Origin: Patescibacteria group bacterium
Lineage (GTDB): Bacteria > Patescibacteriota > Saccharimonadia > Saccharimonadales > JAZKJC01
Direction of reading: 5' to 3'
Length of the DNA: 64,000 nt
Assembly: GCA_040384565.1 (NCBI GenBank)
Contig: JAZKJC010000001.1
Coordinates: 1,457 to 65,456, forward strand
Shown: piece by piece, positions 44,941-52,655 of the stretch
Position numbering within the stretch: position 1 is the first letter of the stretch
Layout of the letters: each line of letters begins with the position of its first letter
Notes under the pieces: model-generated
Database searches by the model: none
The model's input: the letters and a program-made list of their open reading frames with translations, nothing else
Told to the model about the DNA's origin: nothing
Translations under genes and position numbers: made by a program

Positions 44941-45969
44941 TTAAGGTAGTAGTTCGGGCTCCTGCTCAAGGGTTATATCAAACTTTGCTTGAACTGCTTC
45001 AACAATTTTCTGCTTATATGCCAAGAGATCAGCTGTTCTTTTAGCATGTTCATTCACTAACACGAGCGGTTGTTTTGGCCATGTTCCCATACCTGTTTGT
45101 TCGTCATGATTGTCTTTGAATCCTGTTTGTTCCAGCAGCCAGGCAGCAGAAACTTTCACCTGATTGTTATCCAGGTGCCAGTATTTGATCTCAGGGTAAT
45201 CACCTAACAACAAGAAAAAACGGTCATTGTCTATGATGGGGTTTGAAAAAAACGAACCGTTATTAGCCACCACGGCTGGATCGGGCAACTTTGCCATGCG
45301 AATTGCTAATACTGCTGCGCGGATATCACTAACTGTAGGTTGGGAAATGCCATGGTCGTTAAAATATCCCTGCACAGAATCATAATATGGCGGATTGGGC
45401 TTATTTTTGGTCAGTAACATTGTGATTGCAGTAATTAAAAACTTTCTCTTATCGTTAGTTTTGAAACGACTGGTACGATAGCCGAACTCACAATCAGAAG
45501 CCGGCATGGTCATAAACTTGTCCTCACTAATGTCATAGGCTTCTAAGGTTACAAGCGTATCACTTAACTCTCTTCCATACGCGCCAACATTTTGGACTGG
45601 CGTAGCGCCAGTGGTTCCAGGGATAAGCGAAAGCTCAGCTATGCCATTAAATCCCATCTCAACGCTTCGTTCAACAACGCTATCCCAATTTTCTCCGCTA
45701 CCGGCGGTCAGATACAATGTATTTTCGTCAGGATTATAGGTTTCAAAACGTAATAGTCGATTGACAATAACTAATCCCGGAAAGCCTTCGTCGCGCCAAA
45801 CTATATTAGTGCCCTCACCAACAACTATAATTGGCAGCTGCCGTTGCTTTGCCCAGGCTACTAGTTCTGGCACTTCACTGTGCTCGTTAACCTCACTTAA
45901 ATAGGCAGCAGTACCCCCTAAGCGCATTGAGCTATAGGCCTGTAATGTAACATTATCTTGGATGTACAT
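44941..45969 (-). CDS. murB: UDP-N-acetylenolpyruvoylglucosamine reductase
   Basis: SSMRLGGTAAYL, GEGTNIV (FAD-binding region), C-terminal MurB domain, 342 aa. Confidence 0.9.
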   Translation of the reverse strand: MYIQDNVTLQAYSSMRLGGTAAYLSEVNEHSEVPELVAWAKQRQLPIIVVGEGTNIVWRDEGFPGLVIVNRLLRFETYNPDENTLYLTAGSGENWDSVVERSVEMGFNGIAELSLIPGTTGATPVQNVGAYGRELSDTLVTLEAYDISEDKFMTMPASDCEFGYRTSRFKTNDKRKFLITAITMLLTKNKPNPPYYDSVQGYFNDHGISQPTVSDIRAAVLAIRMAKLPDPAVVANNGSFFSNPIIDNDRFFLLLGDYPEIKYWHLDNNQVKVSAAWLLEQTGFKDNHDEQTGMGTWPKQPLVLVNEHAKRTADLLAYKQKIVEAVQAKFDITLEQEPELLP

Positions 45970-46073
45970 ACCGTCATTATATAGTAGTCTCTTTTATAAA
46001 TATTCTTGGGTCACTTAATGGGCTAGAATTTTTACTTGTCTAAGGGCGTATCGGGGCGTAACATGTGTAGTAC

Positions 46074-46631
46074 ATGAGTAAACGAAGTACAAACTATCCA
46101 TTCCAGCCTCTCGGCAAGCAGCTTAAACAGCTTCGCGTTAAGCGCCAGGAAAGCTTAGCTGAAGTATCAGGTGCGGTGGAAATTGAGCCGGAGGCACTCG
46201 GTGCTATGGAAGACGGAGTTCAGCGTCCCAGCGAAGACATTTTATTTTTGCTTATAAACCACTTTGCAGCTAAAGATGAAGTAGCCAACAAATTATGGGA
46301 ACTAGCAGGCTATAGGCAAGATGCTCAGCCAGAAGAACATGACACAAGTGGCAATAAAAAGCATACTCAGCACAATGTAGTTGCCATGCCTGGTGATCTA
46401 AGAATAGTTTATACAGACATGGTACATGTTATGGTCAACGATTTTGGACTTGTCATGAATTTCATGCAAACTGCCGGGCTAGGTGGTCACCCATTGGCTA
46501 TTGCCAGGGTAGGCATGAGCCGTGAACATGCCCAGAGTGTCCTGGACATACTCCAAAAAACCCTCGCTATGCATCCAAAAACACTACCAGAGGGTAAAAC
46601 TCCTCCTAAGACCCCAGAGTCTAGCAAATAA
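46074..46631 (+). CDS. XRE-type HTH protein with a DUF3467-like C-terminal domain
   Basis: LGKQLKQLRVKRQESLAEVSGAV HTH. C-terminus IVYTDMVHVMVNDFGLVMNFMQ...ARVGMSREHAQSVLDIL. Confidence 0.55.
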   Translation: MSKRSTNYPFQPLGKQLKQLRVKRQESLAEVSGAVEIEPEALGAMEDGVQRPSEDILFLLINHFAAKDEVANKLWELAGYRQDAQPEEHDTSGNKKHTQHNVVAMPGDLRIVYTDMVHVMVNDFGLVMNFMQTAGLGGHPLAIARVGMSREHAQSVLDILQKTLAMHPKTLPEGKTPPKTPESSK

Positions 46632-46634
46632 GAC

Positions 46635-47621
46635 TCATTTAGCTACAGCTTTAGAAGAATTCAAAGGTTTTGAAAGTTTTGACGTTGCCACTTCTTGAGC
46701 ATCGCGGGCAATCAGGTATATAGCACCTGCAAGTATAAGCGCGCCCACGATTTGGGTAAGTGTTAAACTTTGTTCTAAAAATGCGTAACCGACAAAAACC
46801 GCTGAAAGCGGCCAGGCAAGTTCTAGCATCTCAGAGCGTGAAGCCGGAATTCGTTTTAACCCAAAATAATATATGGCCATTGCGACCAAGCCGGCCGAAA
46901 ACGTGATGGCTACGATATATTTAAGCTGCGTGCCCGTAAGTGCAGTCAACGAGCCAGTACTGCCAGACAAAACTACAAACATCAATGCGAAGATAGGTGT
47001 AATACCAAAACGTGCCGCTGTAATATGCAGCGATGATGTGTCTTTGAGGGCATATTTAGAAAAAGCCGTAGATGTGCCCCAGCAAGCAGCCGCGCCAAGC
47101 GCAAACAAAGCCGCCACAAGCGTGCCATTACCTGTTGAAAAATTAACCGTAAATCCTGGGAAAGATACAATATAAGCGCCCACCATTGCTACGGCTGCTA
47201 AGCCAAAGAACTTTTTAGTAAGTGGTTCGTGGAGTAATAGACCAGCCGTAATAACTGCGAAGATTGGATTGAGCAGCTGCAACAAAACGACAACAGAGAA
47301 AGGAATATACTGGATTTTCCCCAGAGCTGCGGTATATAGAATCGTTCCAAGCGCACCAGACAGGAAAGAAACTCCTGTGATTGCCACCCATTGTTTACGG
47401 GTCAGTTTTTTAAAGGCTTTTAAAGATGAAAGTATGATTGGAGTGATTAGTGCCAACCCAAAAATGTGCTCCCAAAACACCACGACAGATGGCGGTAGGC
47501 TATATAAATTACGCCTAAGGACTCCGTCCAGACTCCATAACAATGCTGCTATGATTACAGCCCCGGAGCCATATTTAATATACTTCAAAACGATTTCCCC
47601 TTTCTGTTGCGTTAGCAACAT
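46635..47621 (-). CDS. DMT-superfamily (EamA-like) transporter
   Basis: 328 aa, 10 predicted TM helices, two EamA-like halves. Confidence 0.8.
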   Translation of the reverse strand: MLLTQQKGEIVLKYIKYGSGAVIIAALLWSLDGVLRRNLYSLPPSVVVFWEHIFGLALITPIILSSLKAFKKLTRKQWVAITGVSFLSGALGTILYTAALGKIQYIPFSVVVLLQLLNPIFAVITAGLLLHEPLTKKFFGLAAVAMVGAYIVSFPGFTVNFSTGNGTLVAALFALGAAACWGTSTAFSKYALKDTSSLHITAARFGITPIFALMFVVLSGSTGSLTALTGTQLKYIVAITFSAGLVAMAIYYFGLKRIPASRSEMLELAWPLSAVFVGYAFLEQSLTLTQIVGALILAGAIYLIARDAQEVATSKLSKPLNSSKAVAK

Positions 47622-47773
47622 CCGCCGTTAAAGCGAATCCCGACTATACGGTCGGCCCATGAGTCTCACATGGTCATCCACTGCCAAAGGGCAATGGTCG
47701 ACGGCTATACGTCCGATTGGCGAATTTCACGCCACCCAAGGAATTAATTTGTGAATGCATTTATAGTACCACA
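47622..47773 (-). promoter_or_regulatory. putative promoter (TGgTACTAT) plus a roughly 135-nt structured 5' leader of the DMT transporter gene
   Basis: The minus-strand RNA contains hairpins UGGCG-UGAAAU-CGCCA, GACG-UAUAGC-CGUC, CCAUUGCC-CUUU-GGCAGUGG, CCAUG-UGAGACU-CAUGG and CCGAC-CGUAUA-GUCGG. Confidence 0.45.
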
Positions 47774-47813
47774 ACCAAAAACATTTCATTAGAATCGGTT
47801 GAATAAAATTTAA

Positions 47814-48407
47814 CTATCTGGGTGAGGCGTTGTACGCACTGGTGCTTTTGCTGCGATCATTAAAATAATCCTTATAGTAATTACTAAGTTCTGGACTTAT
47901 TGATCCAAGCTCTGATCCAATAAAAGAATGAGATTCATTGAAGTAGTCTTCAGGAGGATAATCTTTTAATTTCTTGATAATATTTGCTGCTTGCGGTTTG
48001 TCTAGTTCGGCTTTTAATAATGGTTGCAGCATTTCCTTTTGGGCCGGTTTTAGGCGGCTAAAAGCTACATGCAGCATTTCATGGGCAGCCGTGACGGTAC
48101 TCTGGTTGTATTCTTCGTTATTAATATATTGGAGTATGTAAATATTCCTACCCTCAGCACAACCAAGTTTTTCAATATCACAGTAGCTGTCCAGATCTTG
48201 TTGTCCCACCAACTGTGGCGAAAAACGAAAAAACAACTGCTTTCCCTTATTGCTCATCCCTGCATCATCGGCTAGTTTTGAGATTTCTTGGGGTGGTGAA
48301 TATTGCTGTGAATGCCACCAATCGCCTATTAAACGAGCATTCCTAACTGCGAAAAAGCCAGTCATCAATACTAACAATAAAATGAAGAGGTCAATCTTCC
48401 GGCGCAT
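47814..48407 (-). CDS. membrane-anchored protein with an HExxH (HEMLH) metallopeptidase-like motif
   Basis: N-terminal TM helix. TVTAAHEMLHVAF. 197 aa. Confidence 0.5.
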   Translation of the reverse strand: MRRKIDLFILLLVLMTGFFAVRNARLIGDWWHSQQYSPPQEISKLADDAGMSNKGKQLFFRFSPQLVGQQDLDSYCDIEKLGCAEGRNIYILQYINNEEYNQSTVTAAHEMLHVAFSRLKPAQKEMLQPLLKAELDKPQAANIIKKLKDYPPEDYFNESHSFIGSELGSISPELSNYYKDYFNDRSKSTSAYNASPR

Positions 48408-48421
48408 ACGCTCAACAGGCC

Positions 48422-49042
48422 CTAATAGGCTTGGATATTCTTTAGTAAATCCGCGGTGTCATTTAGCTCAGGACATGCTTTCTCAAGATAAATAAATAGT
48501 TCTTTTCCATTATTTAGACGAACGGTATGTTTCAACTCGTTTTGCGTGTTATCTGGAGGAAACTTATTGCTTACAAGCTTAACCCCTCTTGAGCAGGCTT
48601 GAAGCTTCGGCACGGCTTCAAATAAATGTTCAACGTCTCTTACCATATACAGGGTGTGAGTACCTCTAACGGGGTATGTGCTTATGCTTAGCTCTGCCTG
48701 TGAGTTTGTCACATCACTATTATCTATTAAATATGTTAAGGGCAAAGCTATATCGGGATTGGGCAAATATAGCCTGCTTTCAGGAAAATAGACATCACCT
48801 GTACGAGGCTCTACCGGCGCGTCTTTTTTTAGCCCTCTTACAGCCAACAATGTCAGTTCTCTTACATTCACAAGTCCTGCCTGATTTGCTACATCATCAT
48901 AGTAGTGGACTTTTGGTATTACATAGTAGAAACTTCCAAAAATAATCAAACCTGCTGCAGTAACAAATACGGCTATCTTCTTTTTGTCCCAACTTTTGTT
49001 TTTCTTTAATGGTTTTTTCATATTAATCCTTAACTTATACAT
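48422..49042 (-). CDS. membrane-anchored protein of unknown function
   Basis: 206 aa, basic N-terminus plus one TM helix. Confidence 0.5.
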   Translation of the reverse strand: MYKLRINMKKPLKKNKSWDKKKIAVFVTAAGLIIFGSFYYVIPKVHYYDDVANQAGLVNVRELTLLAVRGLKKDAPVEPRTGDVYFPESRLYLPNPDIALPLTYLIDNSDVTNSQAELSISTYPVRGTHTLYMVRDVEHLFEAVPKLQACSRGVKLVSNKFPPDNTQNELKHTVRLNNGKELFIYLEKACPELNDTADLLKNIQAY

Positions 49043-49124
49043 TGGATTATACCGAAATTATCAAAAAAGAATATAAACACAATCGTAATGATACGGCACT
49101 CTCGTCAAAACAATAATCGAGCAT

Positions 49125-49490
49125 CTAAAGTTCAACTCCCGGAGTTAAGAGCAGAAGAGCTACCAGTAAATATAAATAAAAGAAAAGCAGAGTAGTAAAA
49201 GTTATCAGTATTTTGAAGCGAAATGATTTCCTGCTATTTATTATGGCCCAAATGGTAATAAAAAATGGGATAAAAACAGCAAAAATGATAGCAGGAGTAA
49301 ACAATTGATCTAAATATACCAACCCGAACTGCTTTTTGGAATGGCCACTCAATATTGGGTAAAAATTTTCTACTAAGGATCCAACTACGAGACTGACTGC
49401 TGCACATGTTGCAATTTGAGTACGTTGCTCCACTCCATAACGCAAGGCTGTAAATGCCACTATTGCTGCAAACAGAGAAACTAACCACAT
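49125..49490 (-). CDS. membrane protein of unknown function
   Basis: 121 aa with 4 hydrophobic helices. Confidence 0.5.
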   Translation of the reverse strand: MWLVSLFAAIVAFTALRYGVEQRTQIATCAAVSLVVGSLVENFYPILSGHSKKQFGLVYLDQLFTPAIIFAVFIPFFITIWAIINSRKSFRFKILITFTTLLFFYLYLLVALLLLTPGVEL

Positions 49491-49561
49491 GTATAAGATT
49501 ATACTTCAAAATGCTTATTCCTGTGTGGCTCGGTACGAGGTTAGGACAAAATTCAACCATG

Positions 49562-49590
49562 TTGACGCTATGACGTCATAGCGTTATAAT
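49562..49590 (+). promoter_or_regulatory. relBE-1 promoter with embedded operator palindrome
   Basis: TTGACG (49562-49567), 17-nt spacer, TATAAT (49585-49590). A 16-bp perfect palindrome GCTATGACGTCATAGC lies at 49567-49582. The ATG is 7 nt after the -10. Confidence 0.7.
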
Positions 49591-49597
49591 GTAGAAT

Positions 49598-49837
49598 ATG
49601 AGCACTCTAAGTGAAAAGACTACAATATATCTCGATCCTACTGTTAAGAAGTTTCTACAGCATAAAGCCATTGCTGAGGGTCGTTCACTCTCTGATGTAA
49701 TCAATGAACAGTTCGCGGATATGCTAGAAGATCTTAGCGACATAAAAGAAATAGAAAAACGGCGTGGTGAGCAAACGATACCGTTTGAAAAAGTTCTCAA
49801 AGATCTGGGCTTAACTTATGACCAGCTACGAAGTTGA
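49598..49837 (+). CDS. relB: RHH-type antitoxin (RelB/CopG-like)
   Basis: 79 aa. KTTIYLDPTVKKFLQHKAIAEGRSLSDVI ribbon-helix-helix. Overlaps the toxin gene. Confidence 0.7.
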   Translation: MSTLSEKTTIYLDPTVKKFLQHKAIAEGRSLSDVINEQFADMLEDLSDIKEIEKRRGEQTIPFEKVLKDLGLTYDQLRS

Positions 49838-50078
49838 ATTTGTTAAAAGTGCCCAAAAAGAGCTAAACAAGCTACCCCAACAACTTAGCCTACGAATAGC
49901 TAAAGCGATATACAAATTGAGTGCAGATCCAAGGAAAGGTAACGTACGACCTATGGTTGGGACAAAAAGCTGGCGGCTTCGCGTTGGCGACTATCGAGTC
50001 GTTTACGACATTCTAGATAACAAACTGATTATCCTAGTAATCCGTGTTCGACATCGCAAAGAAGCGTATAGAGATTAA
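49818..50078 (+). CDS. relE: RelE/ParE-family toxin
   Basis: 86 aa. YEVEFVKSAQKELNKLP...WRLRVGDYRVVYDI...LVIRVRHRKEAY. Confidence 0.8.
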   Translation: MTSYEVEFVKSAQKELNKLPQQLSLRIAKAIYKLSADPRKGNVRPMVGTKSWRLRVGDYRVVYDILDNKLIILVIRVRHRKEAYRD

Positions 50079-50185
50079 TATCGAAAACATAGATTAGAAA
50101 TAACCTCTGTGTTACATAGAATTGGTGCAGCAACATTGCTGAGGTCAGAACGACGCTACAGTCTGTTCTAGTCAAACGCTCTTAC

Positions 50186-50410
50186 TTATATGCCGAAAAT
50201 CATAATACCAATCATTGCAATGAGTATGTAGACCCCAAAAGCTATAAGTGCAGAAGCAACGACTGCTGATATGATTGAAGACAAATGTTTATCGGACAAA
50301 TTTCTATTTTTATTAACCCAAAGTGCTAGAGAGCCAATAAATGCAGTCCCAAAAACTATCCAAAATAAAAGTATATTGCCCGCTTCATCGTGCACCAAGT
50401 AATCAATCAC
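50186..50410 (-). CDS. small membrane protein
   Basis: 74 aa with two TM helices. Confidence 0.45.
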   Translation of the reverse strand: MIDYLVHDEAGNILLFWIVFGTAFIGSLALWVNKNRNLSDKHLSSIISAVVASALIAFGVYILIAMIGIMIFGI

Positions 50411-50455
50411 ACTTTCATCATAGCACAGGGTTATTAGTAGTTTATTTCTAAAATA

Positions 50456-50702
50456 TGGTGCACCCGGTAGGATTCGAACCTACGACCTTTGGTACCGGAA
50501 ACCAACGCCCCGCCTGTCTGGCCAATTAACAATATGATGGTGGGACCGGCAGGACTTGAACCTGCGACCTTCAGTTTCGGAAACTGACGTTCTATCCAAC
50601 TGAACTACGATCCCTTGTTTGGGTATAGCACCACATTTAGAGTCAATGCCTCATTTTGAAGGACAGACGGGCGGACAGGTCTATCCACTGAGCTACGGGT
50701 GC
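50456..50702 (-). tRNA. interrupted (split) tRNA-Arg (anticodon CCG): 5' part 50702-50680, 3' part 50508-50456, 171-nt insert in the D-stem
   Basis: GCACCCGTAGCTCAGTGGATAGA plus GCGTTGGTTTCCGGTACCAAAGGTCGTAGGTTCGAATCCTACCGGGTGCACCA joins into a flawless 76-nt cloverleaf. Neither part folds as a tRNA alone. Confidence 0.6.
50538..50614 (-). tRNA. tRNA-Arg (anticodon CCG), CCA encoded, nested inside the insert of the split tRNA
   Basis: Minus strand GGGATCG-TA-GTTC-AGTTGGATA-GAAC-G-TCAGT-TTCCGAA-ACTGA-AGGTC-GCAGG-TTCAAGT-CCTGC-CGGTCCC-A-CCA. Confidence 0.9.
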
Positions 50703-50916
50703 GTATGTTTGAGCATAACATAGAAGTTACATTACTATTCTGTATGATTAATAGACCTCTCCCACCACCCAGCCTGTTGGCGAGAGCGGATTCCAGGAGT
50801 GAGCTAGTTCTTTTTTGGTTCAAATAGTAGCCAAAGCTACTTTTTGAGACATAAAAATGCTGGATTATCCTGTAATATGGTGTCGGTAAGGATGAGTGGC
50901 GTGAGAGGTCTAAAGT

Positions 50917-51345
50917 ATGGCTGAACCAAAAACTGAAGAACGTGACGGCAAAATTATACATTTTTCTGTAGGGGCGCTTATTGTCAGGGACAATAAAATC
51001 CTGCTGATGGACAGAAAGAAACCTCCATTTGGTTTTGCGGGGCCTGCCGGGCATATTGATGAAAATGAAGATGTTGTGACAGCACTAAAGCGCGAGGTCA
51101 GGGAAGAAACAGGGCTGACTATCAAAAAATACCAGCTGGCAGACGAAGAATTTATCCCCTGGAATACCTGTAGCCGGGGAATAGAAGGCCACTATATTTA
51201 TGTTTACCGCTGCGAAACTGAAGGCCAAATCCGAAGCAATAGCAGCGAAATGAAAAGTCTAAAGTGGTATGATTTATCGGAGCTAGACAAGCTAAAGCTA
51301 GAGCCAGTCTGGGATTATTGGCTGAGGAAACTAAAGGTTATATGA
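50917..51345 (+). CDS. NUDIX hydrolase
   Basis: Nudix box GPAGHIDENEDVVTALKREVREETGL. 142 aa. Confidence 0.85.
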   Translation: MAEPKTEERDGKIIHFSVGALIVRDNKILLMDRKKPPFGFAGPAGHIDENEDVVTALKREVREETGLTIKKYQLADEEFIPWNTCSRGIEGHYIYVYRCETEGQIRSNSSEMKSLKWYDLSELDKLKLEPVWDYWLRKLKVI

Positions 51346-51788
51346 CAAAAAAATCCGTTATAGCTATCTGTGCCAGCGCTGATTTTTATCGCCAGGTGGT
51401 AGACATTGACACTAAACTTTCTGAGCTTGGGTTTAAAGTAATTATTCCAGCGACTGCCAGTAAGATGAAAGAAACTGGAGATTTTGCGGTAAGCCACTAC
51501 AAAACCTGGTTCGCGCAGCCGGGGGATTATCACAAAAAAGCTGCTCTCATGCGTGAGCATTTTGAAGAAATAGCTAATGCCGACGCCATATTAGTAGTCA
51601 ATAACGAAAAACATGGTAAGCCCAACTATATTGGCGGCAATGTACTCATGGAAATGGGTTTGGCTTTCTACCTAAAAAAGAAAATTTTTATTCTAAATGA
51701 TATTCCCGAAGATTCACCCTTTGAAGAAGAAATCCGGGGCTTTGAACCAATAGTCTTAAAAGGCGCATTAGAAAAAATAATAGTATAG
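51342..51788 (+). CDS. nucleoside 2-deoxyribosyltransferase-like (NDT/DNPH1 superfamily) protein
   Basis: IAICASADFY...ADAILVVN...YIGGNVLMEMGLAFYLKKKIFIL fits the NDT-fold pattern with a conserved Glu. ATGA overlap with the Nudix gene. Confidence 0.55.
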   Translation: MTKKSVIAICASADFYRQVVDIDTKLSELGFKVIIPATASKMKETGDFAVSHYKTWFAQPGDYHKKAALMREHFEEIANADAILVVNNEKHGKPNYIGGNVLMEMGLAFYLKKKIFILNDIPEDSPFEEEIRGFEPIVLKGALEKIIV

Positions 51789-51831
51789 TTCTTGTTTGCA
51801 ATGAGAGCATATTTGTGTTATTATACGCTAT

Positions 51832-52503
51832 ATGAGATTTTATACTGGTGAATATTCGAATTCTGTGCCGGGTTGGGGCAATGCAGGATGGAGTAGCCAC
51901 GGAACTTGGGGGCCAAAATCAGTACCTTTAAAAGAGACTATTCTGAGACCACAGCCTGAACGTACCACTCCGGCGGCTGAGTTTGAGCAAAAAAGGGTAC
52001 TTACAGCTCGTGCTGTTGAAACAGCGATGGCTAAAATTGCTGAATTATATGCTGAGCAAGACATGATTATGCCAAATTTTGGAATTTTGATCATTGAGGC
52101 AGATAAACTTTTGGCATTATCTGTGAACACAGGTTGGGAAAAAAGACATTTCGTTGAGCCCTCGGCTACCTATACGGGCTGTTTTGGACCAACTTACATG
52201 GAAGATAATCAAGCAGAAGAACTAATCCATCAAGCTTTGATACAGTCTCGAGCTCCTGCATTAAATTCGGCTGGCAATCCGAAAATAATTGAACCAGGAG
52301 CTCATTTCGGCTCGTATAGAATGGAACAAATGGATTGGGAAAATATGCGGGACGGCGCAGTATTAGACAGCAGAAATAATACTGTTTACTCCGTATCTGG
52401 CGGTGAGGATGTAGCCAATCTGTATGTGGCAACAACTATTGCTGGGTATATAGCTATTGGAAAAGCATATGCTCAAGGTGTTATTGAGAGTACGTTAACC
52501 TAA
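51832..52503 (+). CDS. hypothetical protein
   Basis: 223-aa ORF with no motif that I recognise. Confidence 0.5.
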   Translation: MRFYTGEYSNSVPGWGNAGWSSHGTWGPKSVPLKETILRPQPERTTPAAEFEQKRVLTARAVETAMAKIAELYAEQDMIMPNFGILIIEADKLLALSVNTGWEKRHFVEPSATYTGCFGPTYMEDNQAEELIHQALIQSRAPALNSAGNPKIIEPGAHFGSYRMEQMDWENMRDGAVLDSRNNTVYSVSGGEDVANLYVATTIAGYIAIGKAYAQGVIESTLT

Positions 52504-52530
52504 AACTTCGAAAATCCGAAAGTTTTCTCC

Positions 52531-52607
52531 TGGTGCCCGCGGAGGGATTCGAACCCCCGACTTTCGCGTCCGAAGCGCGACGCTCTAATCCACTGAGCTA
52601 CGCGAGC
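52531..52607 (-). tRNA. tRNA-Arg (anticodon TCG), CCA encoded
   Basis: Minus strand GCTCGCG-TA-GCTC-AGTGGATTA-GAGC-G-TCGCG-CTTCGGA-CGCGA-AAGTC-GGGGG-TTCGAAT-CCCTC-CGCGGGC-A-CCA. Confidence 0.9.
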
Positions 52608-52655
52608 AGGTAAATACCCTACAAGTTTAACAGTTTATATGTAGAATATGTATCT

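Noticed and set aside
47622-47790. Considered a guanidine-II (mini-ykkC) or another known riboswitch class for the DMT transporter leader
   Set aside because: The two similar hairpins have GUAUAG-type loops, not ACGR tetraloops. I see no ykkC, fluoride, TPP or ZTP core motifs. It is kept only as an unclassified candidate.
50605-51054. 149-aa minus-strand ORF (and 50910-51125)
   Set aside because: It runs across tRNA sequence and antisense to the Nudix gene, so it is a non-coding artefact.
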